Below are positions 47,401 through 55,440 of a stretch of 64,000 bases of DNA, piece after piece (position 1 is the stretch's first letter; the number at the start of each line of letters is the position of its first letter). Both the position numbers and the translations under genes were made by a program. Below the pieces are notes generated by a model. It was not told the origin of the DNA and ran no database searches. It was given only the letters and a program-made list of their open reading frames with translations. Origin of the DNA: an uncultured bacterium. GTDB taxonomy: Bacteria > Eisenbacteria > RBG-16-71-46 > CAIMUX01 > VGJL01. The DNA lies in assembly GCA_964575675.1 (NCBI GenBank), contig CAZNRY010000002.1:2187-66186 (forward strand), given 5' to 3'.

Positions 47401-48607
47401 AAGGCCGCTCGGCGAGGCTCTGGTCCGGGCGAAGATCGTGATGGGGGCCTTCTCGGCGCTGAACAACCGGCGGTATCCGCTTCTTGGGGATCCTGCCGTC
47501 CGGCTGAGCGCGACGCCGTCGAGTATCCGAATGCAGGTCGAGACCGTGCGTGCGGCCGGGGCCGTCGCGCCGGACACCTTGATGCGGGGGGCCCGCGTGG
47601 TTCTGCGGGGGCAAGTGGTCGACGGCGCGGGTTCGATCATCGATGATTTCCGGGGAGCCGTGAACCTCCGCGTTTACGATGCGGAGATCCGTCGGGACGA
47701 GACGGCCGATTGCCGGGAATCGCGATTCCAAGCGACGTACAACCTGACCGGAGCGGCGATCCTTCGTCAAACGGCCGCGGTCGAGAATGGCCGGTTCGAG
47801 ATCTCATTCGTCACGCCGGCAGTCCTACGGAGCGGCGTCCGTGGGTGGGGGCAGATCTACGGCTACGCGCTATCGGAAGACGGTCGCAGCGCAAGCGGCG
47901 GGCTCGACAGCCTCGTTGTAACCGAGAACCAGCCCCTGCTCGCCGATGACGGCGAGGGACCCCGGATCGTCCTGACCCCCGAGGGCGATCCCGAGCAACT
48001 CGCGTCCGGAGCCTTGTGGCGCGCCGTCCTGAGCGACTCGAGCGGGATCAACATCACACAGCTCGTCTCCAACCGCTCGGTGATCATGCAGATTGCCGAG
48101 GGAACGCGCCTGGCCCATGTGGAGGACCTCTCCGACTCGGTGAGGTTCTCGGAAGGGTACGCGGAAGGGCACCTGAGGTTCCGGTTGCCTGAGGGACTGG
48201 CCGGCGGGCGGCGCTACCGGCTGACCCTGTCGGCCTCCGACAACTTGAACCAGGGCGGCTCCGCTTCGGCGGACTTCTACCTGGTCGAGGGCGCCGGGAG
48301 CGGACTGACCCTCGATCGCGTTTTCAACGTTCCGAATCCGACCGAGGGCGCAACGACCTTCTTCGTCGAAATGAGCCAGCAGGCCGAGATTACGATTCGG
48401 GTCTTCACGGTGGGGGGGCGGACGATCCGCGAGCTTCTTCCCGGGACACTTACCCCGTCCGAGGGACTCGAGAAGGGGATCTACTGGGACGGCAGGGACG
48501 CGGAGGGGGCCTCCCTTGCGAATGGCGTCTATTTCTACAAGGTCTCGATCCGGGGCAGGAACGGGGAGAAGCGGGATCGGGTTGAGCGGCTTGCTGTCCT
48601 CCGATGA
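44495..48607 (+). CDS. Peptidase C25 (gingipain-like) family protein with T9SS C-terminal sorting domain; PorU-like candidate T9SS C-terminal signal peptidase.
   Basis: Catalytic His in NYTGHGSEVQL and catalytic Cys in LTASCSVGKFD, ~65% along the protein as in PorU. CTD NVPNPTEGATTFFVEMSQQAEITIRVFTVGGRTIREL...GIYWDGRDAEGASLANGVYFYKVSIRG. The first canonical start (GTG 44540) lies after a textbook signal peptide, (L/M)RPPQVGLALCLVLAVGLGAPGARA|S, encoded in-frame from 44495. AAGGGAGGG sits 8 nt upstream of the CTG at 44495, which implies a non-canonical CTG start or a sequence error. Confidence 0.7.
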   Translation: MRPPQVGLALCLVLAVGLGAPGARASIEGLEEPQATPDGVTFVLSAPEGTGRIVREDGELPRLDVAGIPSICERGGWLLPARSVWVGIPREGGVEVSFDPLDRSPLRLDEGGGSQLPLGLLGRGSVEVGPPSWIRNQRVVAVTWIPLVPAAGDAAWEGGVRIRLRFQGARDAAPAPVGRDSWEQLYADLLVNYEQARSWRRAGIARPRARGDSFSTTDNPWFRIEVASHGVYAIEGADLQAAGLGDLSQIVPEKLRLFTGSGLSLPEDASVADVPAWLNEIAIHLDGMNDGRFEPQDKILFRGLGPDGWYGEFGQPDHAYERYRTDEFSSVNTYWLSWGDFTGEALRWTESAGLPVPDPILTEARARIHYERNQIWDPTPSEMSTGSAPYPSNLPAWERWYWLQVIATSRETRSRIDFTVPDPVSGSTGRFLARVWGASWDFSTTFRDHYARLIIGSDSVEVSWDDKVHRDLVLQDLPLEGEEHELILTAPYKSDPNPNVFRQDRWYLAWFEVDYQRKLVARGDSLDFVVDPGSSRRGFAVSGISDTAATAILDVTDPLMPRPIAPAWEREGNFHRAIFGVDPLASAERRIAVVNLDAARTPRITIDAPPPAGYLRDRRDAVDYILITHASYGEAAEILASWRREHSGEGNGFRVAIVDVQDIYDEFSAGRLDPTAIRNFLRVAFEQWNGGDPSAAPAYVLLLGDTTFDFRDRLKQGAWVTVPTYEGFYDASLMRTVYSPQFASDDWFVLYDPFPDPSLDMAIGRLPADTPARALAMVEKVRNYESTQDTGSWRQRATLVADDVCQGLRCDYPLMFTHTRQTEALADDVLPVGLERDRVYLYEYGNECIYDRKPVAAAALRKSIDDGTLIVNYTGHGSEVQLADEKILEPSGVASMTNADRLFFFLTASCSVGKFDFAGEGLSEALVRRPGGGAIAALSATAVAYSPSNAELNRQFFLGTFPDRDFARSRPLGEALVRAKIVMGAFSALNNRRYPLLGDPAVRLSATPSSIRMQVETVRAAGAVAPDTLMRGARVVLRGQVVDGAGSIIDDFRGAVNLRVYDAEIRRDETADCRESRFQATYNLTGAAILRQTAAVENGRFEISFVTPAVLRSGVRGWGQIYGYALSEDGRSASGGLDSLVVTENQPLLADDGEGPRIVLTPEGDPEQLASGALWRAVLSDSSGINITQLVSNRSVIMQIAEGTRLAHVEDLSDSVRFSEGYAEGHLRFRLPEGLAGGRRYRLTLSASDNLNQGGSASADFYLVEGAGSGLTLDRVFNVPNPTEGATTFFVEMSQQAEITIRVFTVGGRTIRELLPGTLTPSEGLEKGIYWDGRDAEGASLANGVYFYKVSIRGRNGEKRDRVERLAVLR

Positions 48608-48793
48608 TCGGACCCGGGGGCTGGGCGGGGCGGGCGTCCAAGGGGCCCCTGCGCCTCATGCTGGCGTTGACACCTTCCGAGGCGGTTGGTAGACTCCTGA
48701 AGTTCGCGGTCGAAGAAGAATGATTCCGTCCGCACGCTGGAGGGCGCTCACAGACGCCCCGGCGAGGGGAAACCGGGAAAGGACCGAGCCTCG

Positions 48794-48889
48794 ATGGGTT
48801 GTGGGAAGAAGCGGAAGAGAAAAAAGATCGCCACGCACAAGCGGAAGAAGCGGCTCCGGAAGAACCGTCACAAGAAGCGGATTCGCTAG
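48794..48889 (+). CDS. 31-aa highly basic protein, candidate ribosomal protein bS22-like; not in the supplied track.
   Basis: ATG 48794 to TAG 48887-89 encodes MGCGKKRKRKKIATHKRKKRLRKNRHKKRIR. It resembles bS22 ([33 protein letters not shown]) of Actinobacteria/Bacteroidota. A GGAAAGGA-type purine-rich tract lies upstream, and a strong terminator lies 35 nt downstream. Confidence 0.5.
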   Translation: MGCGKKRKRKKIATHKRKKRLRKNRHKKRIR

Positions 48890-48924
48890 CCGCGCGGGTT
48901 TCCCCACCGTGCACGGACGTATGC

Positions 48925-48964
48925 AAACTCCGGGGTCCTTCCTGAGGACCTCGGAGTTTTCGTG
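48925..48964 (+). terminator. Rho-independent terminator after the bS22-like ORF.
   Basis: 14-bp stem AAACTCCGGGGTCC / GGACCTCGGAGTTT (one G.U pair) with loop TTCCTGA, followed by TTTTCGTGCGTGTTTTCC. Confidence 0.7.
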
Positions 48965-49000
48965 CGTGTTTTCCGGTGGTCCCGCGTTGGATTCGGCTTC

Positions 49001-51100
49001 GTGTTGATCCGAGGGACGATCAAGGGAACGCGGCAGGGATTCGCCTTCCTTTCGCGCGAAGACGGCGGCGAGGACATCTACGTCGCCGAGGAAAACCTCC
49101 ACGGTGCGATCCATGGCGATAGGGTCGAGGCGACTCTGTTCCGGCGTTCCCCTCGGGATTTCCGGGCCGAGGCCGTCGTCGAGAAAGTCCTGGAGCGGAC
49201 CCGGCCGATCTTGACCGGCAACGTGGTGCGCCTTGGACGGACCTACTTCGTCGCCCCCGACACCCCGATCCTTCCCGCGAGAATCCACCTCCGCGGCCTG
49301 ACCGAGAGAGTCCCCTCCGGCGCAAAGGTGCTGTTCCGGATCGAGGACCACAAGGATGGCGCGCCCCTCTCGGCATCTTTCGAGGAGCTGCTCGGAGAGG
49401 GGAACGACCCCGCCTTGGATGCCGTCGTCGTCTCGACGGCGCATCAGCTCCCGGGTCGCTTCCCGGACGAGGCGATCGATGAGGCCATGTTCGCCGCAGC
49501 GCGGGTCGACGCGGAGGACCTGGCCCGAAGGCGCTCGTACGCGGACCGTTTCGTCCTCACGATCGACCCGGAAACGGCGAAAGACTTCGACGACGCGATC
49601 TCCATCCAGAAGGACGCCGCCGGTTACCACCTCCAGGTCCACATCGCCGACGTGTCGTGGTATGTGGCCGAGGGAGGATGTCTCGACGGCGAGGCGTCGC
49701 GGCGGGGCAACAGCGTCTACTTCCCGGGTTCCGTGATTCCGATGCTTCCCGAGGTTCTTTCGACGCACACGGCAAGCCTGGTGCCCGGCGAGGAGCGGCG
49801 GGTCTTGACCGTGGAGATCGACCTCGATCACGGCGGGGAGCCGCTCCGCGTGTCCATGCGCGAGGGACTGATTACGAGTTGCGCCCGTCTTCACTACGAA
49901 CAGGCGCAGGAGATTCTCGATACCGGAGAAGGGGATCCAGAGGTGGAATCGGCGTTGCGCCTCATGGCCGAGCTTGCGCGCCGCCTCCGGAAGCGGCGTT
50001 TTGCGCGCGGCGGCTTTGACCTCGACATCCCGGAGGCGGAGATGACGCTCGGCGCCGACGGGGTGCCTGCGACGCTCACGCGCCACCGGACGCTGGAAAC
50101 GAACCGCCTCATCGAGGAGTTCATGATCCTGGCCAATCAATCGGTTGGGCGTTTTGTCGTCAATGCCGGGATGCCGCTCATCTTCCGGATCCACGAGGAG
50201 CCCGAAGCGGCGGCGCTGGGGCGGTTCGCGGAGATCGCGCTGACATTGGTTCCCGGGGCCTCGCCGCGGGACGTCGAGACGATTCCCGCGCTGCGGCGGT
50301 TTCTCGTCGGACTTCCCCCTGGTGCCTTGACCTCGATCGTCCATGCCTTCTTCCTGAGAAGCATGAAGCAGGCCGTCTACTCTCCGGTCGACGCGGGACA
50401 CTTCGGGCTTGGGATCGACAGTTACTGCCATTTCACCTCGCCGATCCGTCGGTACCCCGATCTCTTCAACCACCGTGTCGTTCGCTGGCTCATCCGCAAT
50501 CCCGATCCGGCCGGGAACGTGCGGGAGGGCGCATCCCGTCAGTGGCGGGAGGATGCCCGGCGGCATTCCCTGAGCTGCAGCAGGACGGAAAGAACGGCCG
50601 CCGTCGCCGAGCGGGAGATCGCGCGGATCAAGGTGTTGAGGTGGGCCGAGCGGCGGATGGGAGAGTGCCACTGGGGGCGTGTTGTCGGACTGACCTCCTC
50701 GGGCCTCTTCATCGAGCTCGAGGAGTTTCCCGTCGAGGGTTTCGTCGCGCGTGCTACATTACGCGCGGGCAGTCGTCTTCGGGAGGAGCGCTTGGCATTC
50801 GTCGAGGGGCGGAGCAAGTGGGAGCTCCGTCTTGGGGACCGCGTTGAGGTGCAGATCGTCCGGGTCGATGTTCGCGAGCGTTTGCTCGATCTGCTCTTGG
50901 TTGGGCGGAGAGGGGATGGGACGAAGAGACCGCCCGCCGCATCCAAGAGCATGCGGCGGGCGCAGCGCGCAACGGCACGGAGGGCACGCGGGGGCGAGAC
51001 TCGGATCAAGCCGCACGCCGATCGTGCCGAACGGAAGAGGGGGGGCGGGAGTTCGAAAAAGACCCGGATCCCCCGCCACCGATCAGGAGGGAGCAGATGA
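49001..51100 (+). CDS. rnr: Ribonuclease R (RNase II/R family: CSD, RNB and S1 domains).
   Basis: Cold-shock-like N-terminus GTIKGTRQGFAFLSREDGGEDIYV, RNB motif IDPETAKDFDDAISIQK, and a C-terminal S1 domain. The start is moved to GTG 49001 because the track start (48962) lies inside the upstream terminator hairpin. Confidence 0.8.
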   Translation: MLIRGTIKGTRQGFAFLSREDGGEDIYVAEENLHGAIHGDRVEATLFRRSPRDFRAEAVVEKVLERTRPILTGNVVRLGRTYFVAPDTPILPARIHLRGLTERVPSGAKVLFRIEDHKDGAPLSASFEELLGEGNDPALDAVVVSTAHQLPGRFPDEAIDEAMFAAARVDAEDLARRRSYADRFVLTIDPETAKDFDDAISIQKDAAGYHLQVHIADVSWYVAEGGCLDGEASRRGNSVYFPGSVIPMLPEVLSTHTASLVPGEERRVLTVEIDLDHGGEPLRVSMREGLITSCARLHYEQAQEILDTGEGDPEVESALRLMAELARRLRKRRFARGGFDLDIPEAEMTLGADGVPATLTRHRTLETNRLIEEFMILANQSVGRFVVNAGMPLIFRIHEEPEAAALGRFAEIALTLVPGASPRDVETIPALRRFLVGLPPGALTSIVHAFFLRSMKQAVYSPVDAGHFGLGIDSYCHFTSPIRRYPDLFNHRVVRWLIRNPDPAGNVREGASRQWREDARRHSLSCSRTERTAAVAEREIARIKVLRWAERRMGECHWGRVVGLTSSGLFIELEEFPVEGFVARATLRAGSRLREERLAFVEGRSKWELRLGDRVEVQIVRVDVRERLLDLLLVGRRGDGTKRPPAASKSMRRAQRATARRARGGETRIKPHADRAERKRGGGSSKKTRIPRHRSGGSR

Positions 51101-51522
51101 GTTGGGACGGCAAGAGCGACCGCCGGCGCCATCGTCGGGCAGGGATCCGCATTCGGAGCGAGTTCGGGGACGCGAGTTCTCCCACGTGGGTCGAGACCGT
51201 GGACTTCAGCGCCGGAGGGTTCTCTTGCTGGATGAACCACCCGGTGCAGCCGCTGACAAAGTTGGCCCTTCAGTTCGACTTCCCGCCGTTCGGGACCGAA
51301 GACAGCCGGACGGTGAGCTGCGAGGCAGTTGCAGTCCGCTGCGAGAAGTCCCCGCAGCCGGAGCACAGCTGGACTGTTGCGGCCGCATTCACGGGTCTCG
51401 CCAAGTCCGACCGCGAGTTCATCGAGCGGTATGTCGACTGGCACGACGAGGTGATGAATCCGCCGCAAGCGGAGGAATCGGGCAACGAGGGGGGGGGCGA
51501 CGCGAGCGGGGAGGAGGCATGA
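51097..51522 (+). CDS. PilZ-domain protein (putative c-di-GMP receptor).
   Basis: PilZ motifs RRRHRRAGIRIR (RxxxR) and VDFSAGGFSC (D/NxSxxG). ATGA overlap with the rnr stop. Confidence 0.65.
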   Translation: MSWDGKSDRRRHRRAGIRIRSEFGDASSPTWVETVDFSAGGFSCWMNHPVQPLTKLALQFDFPPFGTEDSRTVSCEAVAVRCEKSPQPEHSWTVAAAFTGLAKSDREFIERYVDWHDEVMNPPQAEESGNEGGGDASGEEA

Positions 51523-51630
51523 TCCCCGTTCTTCGTTTGACCGCTGTTCCGAACCTCCGATAGAGTCTAGCTGGAGAGCGCGGGACCGCGGTGACGATCG
51601 GAGACGGAACCAGATCGGAGGAACCTTCGC

Positions 51631-52641
51631 TTGAATCGCCAATCGAAACGCTCACCCATTCCGGTTTGCCTCCTTCTGCCGCTCCTGCTTCTGCTCCCAT
51701 CGACCACGTGGGCGACCAAGTATGCCGCCGAGTTTCTGCGGATCGGCGTCGGCGCCCGCGCCCTCGGGATGGGGGGAGCCTTTACGGCTCTGGCGAACGA
51801 TGCCTCGGCCGCGTACTGGAATCCGGCCGGTCTGATCACCCTCGGGAACTCTGAGCTTCTCTTCATGCATGCCGAGCAATTCGGCAGTCTCGCAACGCAC
51901 GATTTCTTCGGATACGTGCAACCATTGTCGGGTGAAGGTCCCGCGCCGTCCGCGGCGGTGGGGATCTCTGTGATCCGTTACGGCGTCGATGACATCCTCC
52001 TGACGCGCGATGCGTGGGACGACCTGAACGGCAATGGCAGGCCCGATCCTGGCGAGGTCGACTCCTCGCAGTTCCGCAAGGGGAGCGACGTGGAGTGGGG
52101 CGTGTTGTTTTCCTATGCCCGCAGCGCCGGCGACCGCCTGGACCTCGGCGGCAATCTGAAGGTCGTCCGCCAAGGGCTGCTGCGGAACACGAGCTTCGGG
52201 ATGGGGGTAGACCTGGGAATCCTCTATCGTCTCAACCACGATCTGAGAATCGGCGTGCGTTTGGCTGACATCACGACGACGCAGATTTCGTGGGACACCG
52301 GCACGCGCGAGGTTGTGGCTCCTTCCATGACGCTGGGAGGATGTTGGACGCGCACGGTGCCGGGCATCAGGGGAGATGTGACGCTTTCGCTCGACCTCCC
52401 GATGACCTTCGAGGGTCGCGAGGAGGCCAGCCAGCTGAATGCGGGAAGCGTCGGTACCGATCTCCAAGGCGGACTCGAATACTGGCTTTCCCACGCGATC
52501 GCTTTCCGGTTCGGAACGTCAGCGGGGGAGTGGACCGCGGGAGGCGGACTGCGGTACCGGGGCATGGGAGCCGACTACGCTTTCCTGCCCCACGACGATC
52601 TCGGCGACACGCACCGCATTTCGGCATCTGCCCGCTTCTAG
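51631..52641 (+). CDS. Outer-membrane beta-barrel protein, PorV/LptO-like (T9SS-associated) candidate.
   Basis: Signal peptide MNRQSKRSPIPVCLLLPLLLLLPSTTWA. N-terminal motif EFLRIGVGARALGMGGAFTALANDASAAYWNPAGL, characteristic of the PorV/FadL-like T9SS barrel family. Alternating amphipathic strands run to a C-terminal aromatic residue (F). TTG start with GGAGGAA 7 nt upstream. Confidence 0.5.
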   Translation: MNRQSKRSPIPVCLLLPLLLLLPSTTWATKYAAEFLRIGVGARALGMGGAFTALANDASAAYWNPAGLITLGNSELLFMHAEQFGSLATHDFFGYVQPLSGEGPAPSAAVGISVIRYGVDDILLTRDAWDDLNGNGRPDPGEVDSSQFRKGSDVEWGVLFSYARSAGDRLDLGGNLKVVRQGLLRNTSFGMGVDLGILYRLNHDLRIGVRLADITTTQISWDTGTREVVAPSMTLGGCWTRTVPGIRGDVTLSLDLPMTFEGREEASQLNAGSVGTDLQGGLEYWLSHAIAFRFGTSAGEWTAGGGLRYRGMGADYAFLPHDDLGDTHRISASARF

Positions 52642-52851
52642 ACCTCCCGCGGGCGGAACGCGCCCGGCCTGCGGACGGTGCCCGCTCCCGATCCGGCCGG
52701 ACCGATTCTGACCGCCCGCATGCAGATCCGGACAAATCCTGTGATCTCCTGCGCCCGGAGCCGCGTCCCGTGACCCGGCGGCCCTGCGCGAACCCATTCT
52801 ATCAAGCTCAGTTAGAACAAGTTGCGTTCCCATTCGTACCCGCCTCGATGC

Positions 52852-52867
52852 TGGCACTTCCCTGGCA
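52852..52867 (+). promoter_or_regulatory. Sigma54-type (-24/-12) promoter TGGCAC-N5-TGGCA upstream of the PEGA-domain membrane protein.
   Basis: TGGCACttcccTGGCAat seen in sequence. The GG-N10-GC spacing is identical to the RpoN consensus TGGCAC-N5-TTGCW. It sits ~35 nt upstream of the GGAGGAGG RBS and ATG 52903. Confidence 0.45.
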
Positions 52868-52902
52868 ATTCCCCCGAAGTAGCCCAAGAGGAGGAGGGGA
52901 AC

Positions 52903-55206
52903 ATGCGCTCAGGACCCGAGAATCATGGCCCGACGCGGATCGAGCTCGCGAGCTCCGAGCTGGAGGGTGGAAGCACGATGGCCTGGGTCGACCCGCAGCA
53001 GGTGCTTGCCTGTGTCGCCCAGGTCGACTCGCGGGAGAGTTTCTCGCGGTTTCTCGAGCCGCGGCTGGCCGACATCGATTCCCCCGCGTCCGGCCCTGCG
53101 GACGATGGAACGAAGGCCTTGCCGGCTCGCGTCAGCTGTCTGCTCGAGCGGTTGCGTCAGACCCATGCCCGCCTGTTTCGAGAGAACACAGCGGCTCCTG
53201 GTTCCCAGCGGGTCATCCGACCGGTCCTAGCGTCGGTTGAAGAGGGAGCGGTCTATTTCCTGAAGGCGGCCCCTTGTTGGGTCTTTCGCGTAAGGAACGG
53301 AACGTCGGAGCTGATTCGCTCGGGTGGCGACCTGTCGGAGGGCGGCGCGGCTGACGCAGGATTCGGCCAATCGGCGCGGCTGCATCTCGCCGTGAGCTCG
53401 GTCGAGGTGCTGCCGCACGACATCGTGGTCCTCCTCGTCTCGAGTGGCGGCACGAGCCCCGACCGCCTCGCCGTCGCCGGTGTCTTCAAGGCTAACCAAG
53501 ATCTGAAGCGCGCCTGCGATGGGCTTGTGAATCTCTTCAGCCTCGCCTCCGCGGGTGTCGGGGCGGTCGCGATGCGGTTCGTCCCCGTCGGCGTGCGGAG
53601 CGGGGACGCCGTTCGCGGGATCGATCTCGTCGGCGACCTTGAGCGTGAGCTATTCGACGGAATCACGACATCGAGCGCGGCTGCACGGCCGGAGGATCCG
53701 ATGCGATCTGCCCAGGCGGCGCCTGACTCCGGCGGACTGGGGCTTGAGGAGTTCGTCCTCCCCGCGTTCCTCGAGGAGGCGGGAAATCCGTTTGTTTCGC
53801 ACCCGCCGGAAGCTCCCGGAGCGGCGTGCCCATCGCGAAGCGCCGCGCCGGCGTGGGCGGAGAGAAAGAGCGCGGAGGCTGCGGACCGAGGGCCGCTAGC
53901 GGCGGGGCCGAGCGACTCGGGGTCTGTGGAGGGGCCTGCACGGGTTGAGCCGTTCGAAGCCCAACCCCTGGCAGAGGAGCCGGAATTCGCCCCCAGCGTG
54001 GCCGCCCGATTCGAGACCGGAAGCGATCAGCTTCTCAATCAACCCTCCGCCGATCGCGTCGAGCGGTCCCTCGGTGGGATGCCACCGCGAGGAAAGAGGG
54101 TGTTGACCCCATGGGCCGCGGCTTTCGCGACGGTCCTTGCAACGTTGCTTGCGGTGGTCGGGGTGCCCCGCGGCATTCAGCTGCTTCGTGGGGGCGCAGA
54201 GCTTGCCGAAGGGGGCGTGATCCGCGTTGATCCGGTTCCGCCGGCGCGGGCGATCTTCATCGACGGGGTGGATCAAGAGACCGGATCGCCCGCCATTCTC
54301 GAAGGAGTGGCTCCAGGGGTCCGCCGCGTGCTGCTCGATCTCGGCGCATTTGGTTCGATGGAGGTCAAGGTGCGCGTGAGGACGGGGGAGACGGTCGACC
54401 TGCATCCCAGGGCGACCGGTTCGCTCGAGATCAGCGCGATCGATGCGCGCCCCCGGGCCTCGGTCTGGTTGTCCGGCCGGCAACGAATGTCCCTGCCGTG
54501 CCGGGTCGACTCGCTCCCCGCCGGATGGCAGGAGGTTCTCTACGAGGACGATCGTCTCCCGCTCTGGCAGCGGCAGGTACTGGTGCTGGCCGGCGAGACT
54601 GCGAGGCTGCGGATCAACAATGCGTTCGCGACCGACCAAGCGCTCCTTCGCGTCGAGTCTTGGTCCTACCGTCAAGGCGAGGGGCTGCACGCGGCCGACG
54701 GCGATACGGTGTTCGTCGATCGTCGTTACTTCGGCGTGACGCCGATCGAGAGGGAAGTTCCTCCCGGGCTTCACGGTGTCTGTGTCGTCGGGCGCGAGGG
54801 CTCAAGTTGGACGGAGGTGCTGAACCTGACGGCCGGAAGCAGCCGGGTCGTCGCGCCGCGATTCGGACTCGAGCCCTGGCCTCGGATCGATCATCAGGAG
54901 CCGGGCCGGATTCTGCTGCGGGGAGCGGTTCCCTTGACGGCGACCTTCACGTCGCCCGATGGCGCCCCGCCGCGCAACCCGCGCCTTCACTTCCCGGGAC
55001 TCGATGCGACCGTGCGCGATCTTCCACTTTCGCCCGTTGATCCGGAGAAGGGGATTTATGTGGGGATCGTGGATCCGCGCTGGATCCCGATGAATCAGGC
55101 CGTGGAGTACTACTTCACCGTGCAAACGACCGAGGGACAGACGCTCTGCTCGGAGCTCTACCGGTTGACGGCCGTAGGGGAGATCTCGCAAGGCATTCTG
55201 CCCTGA
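52903..55206 (+). CDS. Membrane protein with an N-terminal cytoplasmic domain of unknown function, one TM helix, and three extracytoplasmic PEGA-like repeats.
   Basis: Start ATG 52903 follows GGAGGAGG (the track start 52822 is upstream). TM segment VLTPWAAAFATVLATLLAVVGVP. PEGA-like repeats IFIDGVDQETGSPAILEGVAPGVRRV, and DGDTVFVDRRYFGVTPIEREVPPGLHGVCVV. Confidence 0.6.
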   Translation: MRSGPENHGPTRIELASSELEGGSTMAWVDPQQVLACVAQVDSRESFSRFLEPRLADIDSPASGPADDGTKALPARVSCLLERLRQTHARLFRENTAAPGSQRVIRPVLASVEEGAVYFLKAAPCWVFRVRNGTSELIRSGGDLSEGGAADAGFGQSARLHLAVSSVEVLPHDIVVLLVSSGGTSPDRLAVAGVFKANQDLKRACDGLVNLFSLASAGVGAVAMRFVPVGVRSGDAVRGIDLVGDLERELFDGITTSSAAARPEDPMRSAQAAPDSGGLGLEEFVLPAFLEEAGNPFVSHPPEAPGAACPSRSAAPAWAERKSAEAADRGPLAAGPSDSGSVEGPARVEPFEAQPLAEEPEFAPSVAARFETGSDQLLNQPSADRVERSLGGMPPRGKRVLTPWAAAFATVLATLLAVVGVPRGIQLLRGGAELAEGGVIRVDPVPPARAIFIDGVDQETGSPAILEGVAPGVRRVLLDLGAFGSMEVKVRVRTGETVDLHPRATGSLEISAIDARPRASVWLSGRQRMSLPCRVDSLPAGWQEVLYEDDRLPLWQRQVLVLAGETARLRINNAFATDQALLRVESWSYRQGEGLHAADGDTVFVDRRYFGVTPIEREVPPGLHGVCVVGREGSSWTEVLNLTAGSSRVVAPRFGLEPWPRIDHQEPGRILLRGAVPLTATFTSPDGAPPRNPRLHFPGLDATVRDLPLSPVDPEKGIYVGIVDPRWIPMNQAVEYYFTVQTTEGQTLCSELYRLTAVGEISQGILP

Positions 55207-55330
55207 GACATCGAAGCTCGCCTCGCTCCGCGGGACTTGCGGGCCTCCGTCCCCCCGAGCCCTTCGCGCGGGCGGGCGGGCGCGCGGCCGCGCAGGCTCC
55301 TGGGCGAGAGATCTCCATGAGCTTCCGTCC

Positions 55331-55359
55331 TTGACTGAATACATGGCTCTACATATACT
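55331..55359 (+). promoter_or_regulatory. Strong sigma70 promoter TTGACT-17-TATACT.
   Basis: Near-consensus hexamers with an exact 17-nt spacer, in an AT-rich island within a high-GC intergenic region, ~80 nt upstream of ATG 55441. Confidence 0.55.
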
Positions 55360-55440
55360 TATCAGAGGTGTTCCGCACATCTCCGCCGCTTGCTCATGCC
55401 GTGCGGCGCCATGGACTTATCGCGCCGAGGAGGGCCACCG

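Noticed and set aside
48962-49000. Track start of RNase R giving the N-terminus MRVFRWSRVGFGFV (a GFGFV cold-shock-like motif).
   Set aside because: These codons are the U-tract and 3' arm of the upstream intrinsic terminator hairpin. The real cold-shock motif (GFAFLSRED) lies downstream of GTG 49001.
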